Positions 1 to 9,909 of a stretch of 64,000 bases of DNA are shown here, one piece after another; position 1 is the stretch's first letter; each line of letters begins with the position of its first letter. The position numbers were made by a program, and so were the translations under genes. Origin of the DNA: Vulcanimicrobiota bacterium (lineage in GTDB: Bacteria > Vulcanimicrobiota > Vulcanimicrobiia > Eremiobacterales > Eremiobacteraceae); contig CAWETU010000001.1 in NCBI GenBank assembly GCA_963812135.1, positions 608,001 to 672,000 of the forward strand, in the 5' to 3' direction. The notes below the pieces were generated by a model. The model ran no database searches and was not told the origin of the DNA. It saw nothing but the letters and a program-made list of their open reading frames with translations.

Positions 1-1
1 C

Positions 2-817
2 GGCGGCGGCGGCGGCTATCATGGCGGCGGGAGCTTCGGTGGCGGGGGCGGCTTCGGTCTGTGGCCGTTGCTGTTCTTGGGCCACGGCAGCGGCATCTGG
101 GTCCTTATCGTCTTGATCGTCATCTACTATCTTTGGAAGCGCAGCCAGGGTGGCATGATGACGCAGTTCAGCAGCGCTGGCCAGACCGACACGATGTCGC
201 CGCCGCCGGTTACCAAGCAGTTCATGGATGAGCCGGCGCGCACCGTCGATCCGCAAGCGATCGAGACCGGCGAGGCCACCATCAAGGCGCGTGACCCCGG
301 CTTCGACGAGCGCTCGTTCCTCGACCGCGCGCAAACGGCGTTCTTCAAGATCCAGCAGGCGTGGATGGGCCGCAACCAGGACCTCGCGCGCGATGTGATG
401 AGCGATGCGCTCTACGAACGGCATAAGATGCAGACCGATCAGCTCATCGCCGCGCATCAGATCGACGTCTTGGAGAACATCGTCATCGGTCATGCAAAGG
501 TGGTCGACGTGCGCCCGGGCACGCCGTACGACACGATCGTCGTGGCGTTCACCGCGAGCATGACCGACTACACGATCGACGAGAACACGAAACAAGTCGT
601 CGACGGCGAGCGCACGCCGACCACGTTCACGGAGTTCTGGACGTTCATACGGCGAGCCGACGCCAAGAGCGCAGCCGGCGCCACGGGTCTCGCGTCGACC
701 TGTCCGTCGTGCGGTGCGCCGCTCAAGCTCACCAACGGGCGCTGCGACTATTGCAGCGCACCCGTGCGCACCTCGTCCTCGGAGTGGGTCGTCGATCAGA
801 TCGAACAGGCCTTTTGA
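2..817 (+). CDS. Tim44-like domain protein with C-terminal zinc ribbon (5' partial)
   Basis: Frame open from window edge (Gly-rich); TM helix, DPGFDERSFL...FTEFWTFIR Tim44 motif, CPSCGAPL...CDYC zinc ribbon. Confidence 0.85.
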   Translation, partial: GGGGGYHGGGSFGGGGGFGLWPLLFLGHGSGIWVLIVLIVIYYLWKRSQGGMMTQFSSAGQTDTMSPPPVTKQFMDEPARTVDPQAIETGEATIKARDPGFDERSFLDRAQTAFFKIQQAWMGRNQDLARDVMSDALYERHKMQTDQLIAAHQIDVLENIVIGHAKVVDVRPGTPYDTIVVAFTASMTDYTIDENTKQVVDGERTPTTFTEFWTFIRRADAKSAAGATGLASTCPSCGAPLKLTNGRCDYCSAPVRTSSSEWVVDQIEQAF

Positions 818-1158
818 ACGAAGACGCAGCCGGCGAGCTGCACATCGACCGCCGGCGCTACCCGCGCTTCAATCTCAAGCTGCCGGTGGAGTACACCATC
901 GTCGAACAGCAGCGCCGCTGCAGCGCCATGGTCGACAACATCAGCCTCGCCGGGGTGCTGCTGCTCACGGCAGAGCCACTTCGCCAAGGAACCAACGTCG
1001 TGGTCCACTTGCCGACCGATTCCGGGGAGTCGCTGGACATCAAAGCGCAGATCGTGCGCACCTCTGTGGTCGGCGAGCTCGGTGTCGCTTTCATCGCGAT
1101 GACCGCGGATGAGGTCGAACGCGTGACGGCGCTCGTCGAACGGCGCTCAGCGCTCTAA
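814..1158 (+). CDS. PilZ domain protein (c-di-GMP binding)
   Basis: RRRYPR and DNISLAG motifs; TTG start overlaps upstream stop. Confidence 0.8.
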   Translation: MNEDAAGELHIDRRRYPRFNLKLPVEYTIVEQQRRCSAMVDNISLAGVLLLTAEPLRQGTNVVVHLPTDSGESLDIKAQIVRTSVVGELGVAFIAMTADEVERVTALVERRSAL

Positions 1159-2757
1159 GATGAAGCGCCCGCCCGGGTAGTCGAGGAACACGGCGCCGAA
1201 CTTGGAGAGCACGGCGGCGCCGAGCAAACCGTCCGAGCTCGATGGTGTGAACGCGCCGGTCGGTTGCAGCACGATTTCGGTGAAGATCTTTTCGACCGAG
1301 AACCGGCCGAGGTTCAGACGCGAGACGAACGCCGTCTTCACGTGGATTGAGCCGCCCGCGCCGTTCGCCTGGGTCAGATCGCTGAAGTAGCGCGATGGAT
1401 CGACCGGATCCCGTTCGAGCGACTGCGCGTTGATCGTCGTGGTCGCGTCGGATGCGAGATCGCCTGGCCGCAAGAAATCTTGCGCGTGCGCTTGGGCGAA
1501 ATCCTGATACACGATCAGTCCTGAATCGCTGCCGGTGTCGACGGTGAACGTCGCCGGATCCTTTTCGCCGAGCGTGGTCGCGACGCGCGGCAGACGCGAT
1601 GATGCGTCGAGCGCGATGACGGCGCCCGTGCCGGCGTAGGTGAAGCTCGAGGGCGCGATAAGGCGCATGCGCGCGCGCCCATAGTCGATGCGCGCGACGA
1701 GTTGCGCCAGCACGTCGTAGCCGAGGATGCCTTGGATGCCGAAACCGCGGATGGAGGCTGGCAAGCCGAGCGGCACGGCCTCGAAGATGAACGGCGCGAA
1801 TTTCACGCCGGCGAGCTCGAGGGATTCCGCGCGCGCGGGCGATCCGTGCATCACGGTGGCGCCGGCCACGCGGGCGTCGCCGGCCATCGGCAGCTTCAGG
1901 AGGCGCGCTTCCTCGATGTCGATCAGCGACGCCGAACTGCCCGAATCCAGCAAGAACTTCACAGGGATGCCGTTGACCTTCACGTTGATGACGATCAGCG
2001 AGTGCGGCGAATCAAAGTCCAGTCCGACATCGGATTGGCCGGCGGGGAACTCAGGTTTGCGCGAGGCTGGCGCCGCGAAATCCGCGACCGCGAGCCGCGG
2101 GAACTCGACGGATGAGATCGTCGTCGTGACGGTCGTCTGATTATCTTGCTCGACGATCTTGTCCGGGATCGTCAATCCGCCAAACGAGGCGTAGTCGACG
2201 TACCGGATGCTACGCGGTCCGATATCCACGCCATAGACCAACGCCGTACGCGAATCGACGTACATGACGACGTCGTAGCCGCCGAGCTTGGTGTGCAGCC
2301 TGACGACAGGCCGCCCGTCCATGGTCAACGGGCCGTCGAACGCCCACGTGACGTCCTCGTCGAGTAGGGTCGCGTTGAAGCCGAGCAGGCGCGTTAAGAA
2401 GGGGCGCCGATGTTCCATCGGTTCGAGCGAGACGTTGCCGTTGACGTCTTGCAGCCAATGCGTGGTGTCGTCAAGGCCCTCGCTGCGCTGGCCGAACGGC
2501 ATCGAGTAGACGGTCTTGTATCGGCCGTCGTTGTCACTGCTCTCGCTGAATGGGATGTCGGTGCCGTTCTGTTCGATCACGCCTTTCCACGACGCGCTCA
2601 TCCCCGGCAGATGTCCGAGCGCGTGGCGGTGCCGCTCGAGCAAGGCGTAGAGTGGAGACGGGCTCGCGGGCGGTGGCGGAGCGGTGGCCGTGGCCGCCGG
2701 CGTCGTTGCGGCAAGCAAGAACGCCGCAAGACCGCCGCCAATCCAGACGGCTATCAT
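1147..2757 (-). CDS. Secreted aspartyl protease with two retropepsin-like domains
   Basis: Signal peptide; FLLDSGS and FTVDTGS motifs, GILGYD and GLLG motifs. Confidence 0.8.
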   Translation of the reverse strand: MIAVWIGGGLAAFLLAATTPAATATAPPPPASPSPLYALLERHRHALGHLPGMSASWKGVIEQNGTDIPFSESSDNDGRYKTVYSMPFGQRSEGLDDTTHWLQDVNGNVSLEPMEHRRPFLTRLLGFNATLLDEDVTWAFDGPLTMDGRPVVRLHTKLGGYDVVMYVDSRTALVYGVDIGPRSIRYVDYASFGGLTIPDKIVEQDNQTTVTTTISSVEFPRLAVADFAAPASRKPEFPAGQSDVGLDFDSPHSLIVINVKVNGIPVKFLLDSGSSASLIDIEEARLLKLPMAGDARVAGATVMHGSPARAESLELAGVKFAPFIFEAVPLGLPASIRGFGIQGILGYDVLAQLVARIDYGRARMRLIAPSSFTYAGTGAVIALDASSRLPRVATTLGEKDPATFTVDTGSDSGLIVYQDFAQAHAQDFLRPGDLASDATTTINAQSLERDPVDPSRYFSDLTQANGAGGSIHVKTAFVSRLNLGRFSVEKIFTEIVLQPTGAFTPSSSDGLLGAAVLSKFGAVFLDYPGGRFILER

Positions 2758-3352
2758 GCGCAAGGGTTCGCCGCGGAAAGCGGCTCCGACCTGGCTGGCC
2801 GGCGATAAAGTGAGATTGCGTCCGATCGAACCGGACGACGTCGCCATGCTGCAGCGCTGGATCAACACATCGCCGGCGCGCGATTTCATTTTCAGCCGCT
2901 TGCCCCTTTCTTTCGAGCAAGAGCGCGACTGGGCGGCCAACGCTGCGGTGAATCCGAACACGCCCAGCTACATCATCCAGACGGCGGATGGGACGGACAT
3001 CGGCACGATCGGCTTGCATATCGAGGGAGCGCGGGCGATGCTTGGCATCGCGATCCACGAACCTGAATTTTGGGATCACGGCTATGGCACGGATGCGGTC
3101 AAGACGCTCGTGGACGGCGCATTCCGCGCTCGGCAGCTCGTCCGCATCGAGCTGACCGTCCTCACGGATAACGCGCGCGCGATCCGTTGTTACGAACGCG
3201 CCGGTTTCACGCGCGAAGGCATCTTACGGCGCTACGTGTACCAGGACGGAGCGCACCGCGATCTCGTCCTCATGAGCGTGCTGCACGAGGAATGGGCTGC
3301 CGGGCGTGCGGCTGCACGCCCGGGTCGATCACGTATGCGCCGGAGACGGTGA
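2756..3352 (+). CDS. GNAT N-acetyltransferase (RimJ/RimL family)
   Basis: VRLRP...HGYGTDA...NARAIRCYERAGFTREG; start uncertain. Confidence 0.85.
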   Translation: MRKGSPRKAAPTWLAGDKVRLRPIEPDDVAMLQRWINTSPARDFIFSRLPLSFEQERDWAANAAVNPNTPSYIIQTADGTDIGTIGLHIEGARAMLGIAIHEPEFWDHGYGTDAVKTLVDGAFRARQLVRIELTVLTDNARAIRCYERAGFTREGILRRYVYQDGAHRDLVLMSVLHEEWAAGRAAARPGRSRMRRRR

Positions 3353-4171
3353 CGCAGCCGGCGCCGGAGACGCGCCTGCGGGCGCGCTCGGGGTCGCCGG
3401 CGCAGAGGTAGACAGCGTACCCGTGGGCGGCGTTGCGCTTGGCGCTGGCGACGGGCTGGCTGTCGGCTTCGCGCCTGGTGCCGGCTTCGCGCTTGGTGCC
3501 GCCGTCACGCCAAGGTTCGGCGTCGAAAGCGGTCCTGGCGTGACCGCGCCACCACCCGTCGGCACAGGAATCGGCTGACCGGTCGGCGTCGGCGCCGGCG
3601 TGAAGCACGGCGCGGGCTCGACCTGCAAATGGATGTTGTTTCGCGGATCTTCCGACGGCATCGGTGCCGGCGTCGGCGTGGGTTCGCCGATCTGCGGCTG
3701 ACACGGCGGCGCCGCGCTGTACACGTGCATCGTGAGACCTTTACTCAGGCTCGCTTTCGCCTGCTTGCCGAAGAACGTGTGTGGGTACTTGTCGCGCAGC
3801 TCGATCAGATAGTACGTGGCGCGTGTCTGCCCGTCGGTGGTCCACACTTTGAGATAGGCGTTTGACATCAAGAACATCGACCGAGCGAGCTGTGGATCGG
3901 CCGGATATTTGCGCTGCCAGTCGAGAAACGCGTCTTCCGCGAGCTTGATCTTGTTGATGACGACCGCGAACACCGTGTGATCGCCTGCCATGATCGAGGC
4001 GTCCTTGAACGAGTTGTTGATGCCCAGATAACTGAGCTTCATTCTGCCGAAATACTCGTCTGCCGGCGCGTTCGCGCTGGTCGGATTCGTGGGCGTCGCC
4101 GCGCTCAGTGCGACGATCGCCGTGAAGGCGACGAGGACGGCGGACAACATCGGAAGGGCGAATCTGCGCAT
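3329..4171 (-). CDS. Secreted hypothetical protein with Pro/Thr/Ala-rich tail
   Basis: Signal peptide, PADEYFGRMKLSYLGINN core, low-complexity PTP tail. Confidence 0.7.
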   Translation of the reverse strand: MRRFALPMLSAVLVAFTAIVALSAATPTNPTSANAPADEYFGRMKLSYLGINNSFKDASIMAGDHTVFAVVINKIKLAEDAFLDWQRKYPADPQLARSMFLMSNAYLKVWTTDGQTRATYYLIELRDKYPHTFFGKQAKASLSKGLTMHVYSAAPPCQPQIGEPTPTPAPMPSEDPRNNIHLQVEPAPCFTPAPTPTGQPIPVPTGGGAVTPGPLSTPNLGVTAAPSAKPAPGAKPTASPSPAPSATPPTGTLSTSAPATPSAPAGASPAPAASPSPAHT

Positions 4172-4204
4172 GCGATCTCCGTGTGCATTTCATCGGTGGG
4201 GAGG

Positions 4205-4298
4205 TGGCGGGAGAAGATAGGAATCGAACCTACCGGTCCCCTTGCGAAGACCTTACGGTTTTGAAGACCGCCCAGAGCACCAGCCCCGTGCTTCTCCC
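4205..4298 (-). tRNA. selC: tRNA-Sec (anticodon UCA)
   Basis: 94 nt; 8-bp acceptor stem GGGAGAAG/CTTCTCCC + GCCA; anticodon loop CTTCAAA; long variable arm; GGTTCGATTCC T-arm; selA and selB nearby. Confidence 0.95.
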
Positions 4299-4300
4299 AT

Positions 4301-4783
4301 TCAAGCGGTCGTCGGCCGCGGGCCGCATATTTCAACGCGGCCGGCCGCGAAGCCCGCAACGATTTCTTCATCGCTTGGGAAAACGTCGTCGGGCGGCAAT
4401 TCGGGTCGCGTAGCCGGCTCGCTCAACCCGCGGATGAAGCGCTCGATGCCCGCAACTGTGCTGAGCATCAACACCCGAACGGTTTCGGATTCGACCATGA
4501 ACGTGTGGGGCACGCCGCCCGGCGCGTACATGAGCGAACCTGGCGTGAGGCGACGAGACTCGTTCCCGAGCCAGGCGGTCATCTCGCCGTCAAGTACGTA
4601 GAAGGTCTCATCCTCCGGGTGCCTGTGCAGCTGCGGCGCTGCGCCTCTTGGAAGCAGGCCTTCCCACACCGCGAGCCGCCCGGCGCTGTCGTCACCGTCG
4701 ATTTTGATCGTGGCGAGCGTTCCGAGAAACCAGCGCGCGTCGCCCTCGCCCGGCCCGAGGATTTTTGGTCTTGCATTCGTCAT
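4301..4783 (-). CDS. Cupin domain protein
   Basis: LHRHPEDETFYVLDGE...PGGVPHTF cupin motifs. Confidence 0.85.
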   Translation of the reverse strand: MTNARPKILGPGEGDARWFLGTLATIKIDGDDSAGRLAVWEGLLPRGAAPQLHRHPEDETFYVLDGEMTAWLGNESRRLTPGSLMYAPGGVPHTFMVESETVRVLMLSTVAGIERFIRGLSEPATRPELPPDDVFPSDEEIVAGFAAGRVEICGPRPTTA

Positions 4784-4822
4784 GCAGAAATCTTCGCGCC
4801 CGCAGGTCGCCGTTGCCTGCTG

Positions 4823-4868
4823 TTGACATTCTCTGACGCGCCTGTTACTATATTGACAAATGTCAATA
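4823..4868 (+). promoter_or_regulatory. sigma70 promoter and palindromic ArsR operator
   Basis: TTGACA(4823)-17 bp-TACTAT(4846) with TGn extension; inverted repeat TATTGACA-aa-TGTCAATA at 4851-4868 over the arsR start. Confidence 0.75.
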
Positions 4869-5192
4869 CAACGATGCTGCCCTCCGGCGAAGGTCGACAA
4901 ACGCGATCGCACGGAAGAGGCCGAGCTGTTCAAAGCCTTGGGCGATCCCTATCGGCTTCGGATTCTCGCGACGCTGTGCCGTGCAAAGCACGAGTGCTGC
5001 GTCTGCGATTTCACGGATGCGTTCCCGCTGAACCAGCCGACCGTCTCTCACCATCTCGGCGTCTTGCGCGACGCGGGTCTCGTGACATGCCAACGCCGCG
5101 GCACATGGGTCTACTACCGCTTGGCGCCGGGCGTCGCGCAGCGGCTCGAGGCCGCATTCGATGATATCTTTCCTCGGAAGGTGGCCGCATGA
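4860..5192 (+). CDS. arsR: ArsR/SmtB family repressor
   Basis: FKALGDPYRLRIL, ECCVCD, QPTVSHHL, RRGTWVYY. Confidence 0.9.
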   Translation: MSIQRCCPPAKVDKRDRTEEAELFKALGDPYRLRILATLCRAKHECCVCDFTDAFPLNQPTVSHHLGVLRDAGLVTCQRRGTWVYYRLAPGVAQRLEAAFDDIFPRKVAA

Positions 5193-5626
5193 AAACGCAT
5201 TTGCATCTCTCGACGCGAGATCTCGCCGAAAGTGTCGCCTTCTATCGCACATTGCTCGGCTCCGAGCCCGTGAAGAGCTATGATGATTATGCTCTCTTCA
5301 TAACCGAGGACCCGGGCCTTGAATTGGCGCTCTCGATCGATCGCCAAACGAAGAGATCATCCGACGCCCATTACGGCATTGCGGTTAACGCCCCGGAGCA
5401 GGTTGACGGCGCGATCAAGCGGCTGAAGGCTGCAGAGCTACCAGTCGACATCGAAACCGAAGAGACGTGCTGCTACGCGACCCAGACCAAAGTGTGGGCC
5501 AGTGATCCGGATGGCCGGCGCTGGGAGACCTACTACGTCATCGCAGAGACCGAAAAACGCAATGATGATGACATGACATGCTGTCGCGGGACTGGCGACG
5601 AAGACGCCGCTTGTTGTCCGGCCTGA
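5189..5626 (+). CDS. ArsI/CadI-type VOC family protein
   Basis: TCCYATQTKVWASDPDGRRWETY; C-terminal Cys pairs; in ars operon. Confidence 0.85.
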   Translation: MKTHLHLSTRDLAESVAFYRTLLGSEPVKSYDDYALFITEDPGLELALSIDRQTKRSSDAHYGIAVNAPEQVDGAIKRLKAAELPVDIETEETCCYATQTKVWASDPDGRRWETYYVIAETEKRNDDDMTCCRGTGDEDAACCPA

Positions 5627-5647
5627 TCTTCAGAGGAGAGTGTTGAC

Positions 5648-6286
5648 ATGGCTCCCGACCACAAACAGACGCTTGTCGAATTAGCTTTGTCGGGGGCTCC
5701 AAATCTGTATGCCGAATTCAAGGGCATGTACTCCATGGAGACGATCCGGCGTTTCCTTGACGAGAACGCAGAGGTGCTCAAGAAATGCAAGGTGACGGAT
5801 TATCTGCCGATCTTCGCATACAGGTTTACCCGCGAGCGCCTAACTGCCATGGCTCAGGTCGCCGGCAGCATTCCCAAAACTGTGCCCGAGGTGCTTTTCG
5901 TCTGCACACACAACGCCGGACGCAGTCAGATCGCCGCCGCCATGCTTGATGCGAAAGCCAAGGGAAAGGTTCACGTGCGATCAGCAGGCAGCGCTCCGGG
6001 CGATGCGATTAACCCGGTCGTCATCGAGGCGATGTCAGAGGTAGGGCTGGATCTGAGCAAAGAGTTCCCGAAGCCGATGACCGACGACGTGGTGCAGGCA
6101 GCTGATGCCGTGATCACGATGGGTTGCGGCGACGCGTGCCCCATCTACCCGGGCAAGCGCTACGAAGACTGGGAAGTGGAAGATCCCGCGGGCAAAGATT
6201 TGGAAACGGTTCGCCGGATCCGCGACGATATCGCGCGCCGCGTCGACCAGCTCGTCAGTGAATTGACTCCCGTCAAACAGCGCTAG
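5648..6286 (+). CDS. arsC: Arsenate reductase (LMW-PTP type) with N-terminal helical extension
   Basis: VLFVCTHNAGRSQ, TMGCGDACP, WEVEDP. Confidence 0.9.
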   Translation: MAPDHKQTLVELALSGAPNLYAEFKGMYSMETIRRFLDENAEVLKKCKVTDYLPIFAYRFTRERLTAMAQVAGSIPKTVPEVLFVCTHNAGRSQIAAAMLDAKAKGKVHVRSAGSAPGDAINPVVIEAMSEVGLDLSKEFPKPMTDDVVQAADAVITMGCGDACPIYPGKRYEDWEVEDPAGKDLETVRRIRDDIARRVDQLVSELTPVKQR

Positions 6287-6289
6287 GAG

Positions 6290-6943
6290 ATGGGGTTCCG
6301 CCAGGCTCTGGTGGCCGAATTCGTCGGAACATTTTTTCTTGTCTTCGCCGGCACCGGCGCTATCGTCATCGACGCACTCACCCACGAGATCACGCACGTC
6401 GGGGTCGCGCTTGTGTTTGGCCTCGTCGTGGCGGCGTTGGTGTATGCCCTCGCCCATATCTCTGGTGCGCATTTCAACCCAGCGGTGACTCTGGGGTTTT
6501 GGATGGCCGGGGAGTTTCCGGCGATGCGCGTCCCCGCGTACATCAGCGCGCAGGTTTTGGGTGCGATCGCAGCCAGCGGCGCGTTGCGGCTGATGTTCGG
6601 GCTCGTCGCCGCTTTGGGAGCGACGCTGCCGAACGGACCCGCGCTCACATCATTTTGGCTGGAGCTCGCGATGACGTTCCTGCTCGTGTTCGTCATTTTG
6701 GGTTCAGCCGTTCACGGTCGAGCGACGAAGAGTTTTGCCGGCATCGCCATTGGCAGCACGATCGCGCTCGATGCGCTTTTCGGCGGGCCCATCTCCGGGG
6801 CATCGATGAACCCGGCGAGATCACTTGGGCCCGCGCTGGTCGCCGGTGTCTGGCACGATCAGTGGATCTACCTGACCGCGCCGTTCGTCGGCGCGGCGCT
6901 GGCCGTCCTCATCTATAAGATGATGAGCGAGGCCGCGGCTTAG
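6290..6943 (+). CDS. MIP/aquaglyceroporin, probable arsenite channel
   Basis: Two NPA motifs (SGAHFNPAVT, SMNPARS). Confidence 0.9.
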   Translation: MGFRQALVAEFVGTFFLVFAGTGAIVIDALTHEITHVGVALVFGLVVAALVYALAHISGAHFNPAVTLGFWMAGEFPAMRVPAYISAQVLGAIAASGALRLMFGLVAALGATLPNGPALTSFWLELAMTFLLVFVILGSAVHGRATKSFAGIAIGSTIALDALFGGPISGASMNPARSLGPALVAGVWHDQWIYLTAPFVGAALAVLIYKMMSEAAA

Positions 6944-7611
6944 GACTGGGACTTCACCAGCGATGGGAACTGCTTGCGCAGGTTCGCGACTTTCGGTTTG
7001 TCGTTGAACATGATATAAGGATTGTACGGATTGTTCGCCATGTAATGCTGATGGTAGCTCTCGGCCGGATAGAAGGCGACCAGCGGCACGACCTGCGTGA
7101 CGATCGGGGCGCTGAAGACTTTCTGCGCGGTCAACTGCGCGATTTCGGTGTCGGCCGCACGTTTTTGGGTCTCGCTCGTGTAGAAGATGACCGAGCGGTA
7201 TTGCGTGCCGTCGTCTGGACCCTGATGGTTCAGCTCCGTCGGATCGTGCGCCACGAGGAAAAACACCTCGAGCAGCTGCTGGAATGAGATCTTCGAGGGA
7301 TCGTATGTGACCTCGACGGATTCGGCGTGGCCGGTCGTGCCGGTGCTTACGATTTCGTAGTGCGCCGTTTGTGCGCTGCCGCCTGAATACCCCGAGACGG
7401 CGCTGGTGACGCCTTTGAGCGACTCAAAAACGCCCTCGATTCCCCAGAAGCAGCCGCCTGCAAAGACGACTTTTTGCGTGGAACCGGGCGAAGTGTCGGC
7501 CGGCGTGCTGCCCGCGGCGCGCGCGCCGCTCGAGCTTGCGCAGGCGGTCGCGAAAAGGACGAACGCGCTCAGCATGGCCGCTCGCGTGAGATGATTCAGT
7601 CGCATGCCCAT
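6940..7611 (-). CDS. msrA: Peptide-methionine (S)-S-oxide reductase, lipoprotein-type
   Basis: GGCFWG, GTTGHAE, AESYHQ; N-terminal lipobox-like ATAC. Confidence 0.9.
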   Translation of the reverse strand: MGMRLNHLTRAAMLSAFVLFATACASSSGARAAGSTPADTSPGSTQKVVFAGGCFWGIEGVFESLKGVTSAVSGYSGGSAQTAHYEIVSTGTTGHAESVEVTYDPSKISFQQLLEVFFLVAHDPTELNHQGPDDGTQYRSVIFYTSETQKRAADTEIAQLTAQKVFSAPIVTQVVPLVAFYPAESYHQHYMANNPYNPYIMFNDKPKVANLRKQFPSLVKSQS

Positions 7612-7652
7612 GATACGCCGCCGACCCCCTTTCGGATGTATGGCAGGCGCCC

Positions 7653-8612
7653 TCATGAGGCGGCGACCGTCCCGAGGCGTTCCCGGCCGTGCGGTGCGTT
7701 CAAATCCTGTGCCGGGCCGATCGGCACGAGGCGGGTCGGGTTGATGTCGTCGTGCGTGATGTAATAGTGCCGCTTGATGTGATCGAAATTGACCGTCTCG
7801 GCCACGCCCGGGATCTGATACAGGTCGCGCGTGTAGCCGAACAGGTTCGGATACTGAGCGATGAGTCGCACGTTGCACTTGAAATGCACGTAGTACACTG
7901 GATCGAAGCGAATGAGCGTCACAAAGAGGCGCCAGTCGGTTTCGAGTGGCCGGGACCCGAAGAGGTAGCGGCGCGCGCTTAGCCGTTCCTCGAGTTTGTC
8001 GAGTGTTTCAAAAACGCGGCGCGCCGCCCGCTCGTACGCGACCTGCGACGTCGCAAAGCCGGCGCGATAGACGCCGTCGTTGACGGTCTCATAGATCAAC
8101 GTATTGAGCTCGTCGATTTCGGCGCGGTGCTCGGGCGGATAGAGATCGACCCAATTGGTCGCGAGCGCCTTGAACTCGATTTCGAACATGCGCATCATAT
8201 CGTCGTCCGAATTGCAGACGATGCGCTTGGTCTTCGTATCCCACATCACGGGCACGGTGAAGCGCCCCCGATAATGCGGATCGGTCGCGAAGTACGCTTC
8301 GCTCAGGTACGCGAAGCCGTTGATCGGATCTTTCGAGTAGCCAGGCCCATCGCGAAACGCCCAACCCCGGTCATCGCGCACCGGATCGACCACCGTCATA
8401 CCGATCGCCTGCTCCAAGCCGAGCAGCTTGCGCAAGATCACAAGGCGCGACGCCCACGGACACGCGAGCGACACATACAGATGGTAGCGCCCGGCCTCCA
8501 CCGGATAGCCGGAACGGCCGTCGGCCGTGACGCAGTCGCGGAACACATCGTCCTGTCGGACGAAGCTTCCGTCCGGGGCTTGCTCATCGGGGAATTGCGC
8601 GTGTACTTTCAT
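7653..8612 (-). CDS. Glutathionyl-hydroquinone reductase (YqjG-like GST)
   Basis: YHLYVSLACPWA, TVPVMWD, VNDGVYRAGFA, HFKCN. Confidence 0.9.
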   Translation of the reverse strand: MKVHAQFPDEQAPDGSFVRQDDVFRDCVTADGRSGYPVEAGRYHLYVSLACPWASRLVILRKLLGLEQAIGMTVVDPVRDDRGWAFRDGPGYSKDPINGFAYLSEAYFATDPHYRGRFTVPVMWDTKTKRIVCNSDDDMMRMFEIEFKALATNWVDLYPPEHRAEIDELNTLIYETVNDGVYRAGFATSQVAYERAARRVFETLDKLEERLSARRYLFGSRPLETDWRLFVTLIRFDPVYYVHFKCNVRLIAQYPNLFGYTRDLYQIPGVAETVNFDHIKRHYYITHDDINPTRLVPIGPAQDLNAPHGRERLGTVAAS

Positions 8613-8694
8613 GGGCGCTCCAGCTTCGACGTACCGATGCGCGTTTGCTTGCAAGGTATCCATACCCACCTGGATAGTAGTACGAGCGGCCCTT

Positions 8695-9909
8695 ATGCAG
8701 ACCTTGAATGTCCAATGTTGTATCGCCGGCGGCGGACCGGCCGGTATGCTGCTCGGCTTTCTGCTCGCGCGCGCGGGCGTATCGGTCGCCGTGCTCGAGA
8801 AGCACGCAGACTTTTTCCGGGACTTCCGCGGCGACACGATCCACCCGTCGACGCTCGAGATCATGTACGAACTCGGCATGCTCGACGGCCTGCTCGCGCT
8901 GCCGCATCAGGAAGTGCGCGAGATCGGCGCGTATGTCGGCGGGCAGTTCTCGATGATCGGCGATTTCACGCATCTTCCGACGCACTGCAAGTTCCTCGCG
9001 TTCATGCCGCAATGGGATTTCCTGAATTTTCTCGCGGAACAGGCCAAGCGCTATCCGACCTTCGATCTGCGGATGGAAGCCGATGTGCACGATCTGTTGT
9101 GGGCGGATGGGCGCGTCACGGGGGTGCGCGCGTCGGTGCCAGGCGATGAACTGGAGGTGCGAGCGGATCTTGTCATCGGCGCGGACGGTCGTCATTCGAT
9201 CGTGCGTGAAAAGGCCGGTCTCGTCGTCGACGATTTCGGCGCGCCGATGGACGTGATGTGGTTTCGCGTCTCGCGGCATCCGGACGATCCACGCCAGGCG
9301 CTCGGCTGGCTTGATCGCGGCAAAATGCTCGTCATGATCGACCGCACCGACTACTTCCAGTGCGGCTACTTGATCCGCAAAGGCACCTACGAGCAGATCA
9401 AGCAACGAGGCGTGGACGCGTTTCGCGCCGATATCGCGTCGCTCGTGCCGTTTCTGCGCGATCGCCTTAGCGAGATACCCGATTGGGATCAGATCCGCTT
9501 GCTGACCGTCGTCGTCAACCGCGCCCGCGAGTGGTACCGGCCGGGTCTGCTGTGCATCGGCGATGCGGCGCACGCGATGTCGCCGATCGCCGGCGTCGGC
9601 ATCAACCTCGCGATCCAAGACGCGGTCGCCGCCGCGAATATCTTGGCGCGGCCGCTACTGGAATCTGCGGCGTCGGTCGAGATGCTGGCGCGTGTGCAGC
9701 GCCGGCGAGAGTTCCCCACGCGCGTGATACAGCGCGCGCAAGTGATCATTCAGAACCAGTTGATAAACCGGATCCTCGGCGTCGACGAACCGATGTCGCC
9801 GCCGTGGCCGCTGCGTCTGCTAAACCGTTGGCCGCTCTTGCGTCGGCTGCCGGCCCAGCTCGTTGGCATCGGCGTCCGGCCCGAGCACGTGAAGTCGCTA
9901 CGGGTGTAG
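8695..9909 (+). CDS. FAD-dependent oxidoreductase/monooxygenase
   Basis: GGGPAG, RDFRGD, GADGRHS, GDAAHAMSP. Confidence 0.9.
   Translation: MQTLNVQCCIAGGGPAGMLLGFLLARAGVSVAVLEKHADFFRDFRGDTIHPSTLEIMYELGMLDGLLALPHQEVREIGAYVGGQFSMIGDFTHLPTHCKFLAFMPQWDFLNFLAEQAKRYPTFDLRMEADVHDLLWADGRVTGVRASVPGDELEVRADLVIGADGRHSIVREKAGLVVDDFGAPMDVMWFRVSRHPDDPRQALGWLDRGKMLVMIDRTDYFQCGYLIRKGTYEQIKQRGVDAFRADIASLVPFLRDRLSEIPDWDQIRLLTVVVNRAREWYRPGLLCIGDAAHAMSPIAGVGINLAIQDAVAAANILARPLLESAASVEMLARVQRRREFPTRVIQRAQVIIQNQLINRILGVDEPMSPPWPLRLLNRWPLLRRLPAQLVGIGVRPEHVKSLRV

Noticed and set aside
5624..5650. TGA read-through fusing the ArsI-like gene to in-frame arsC
   Set aside because: The spacer contains a clear GAGGAG RBS, both proteins look complete, and no SECIS-like hairpin is evident
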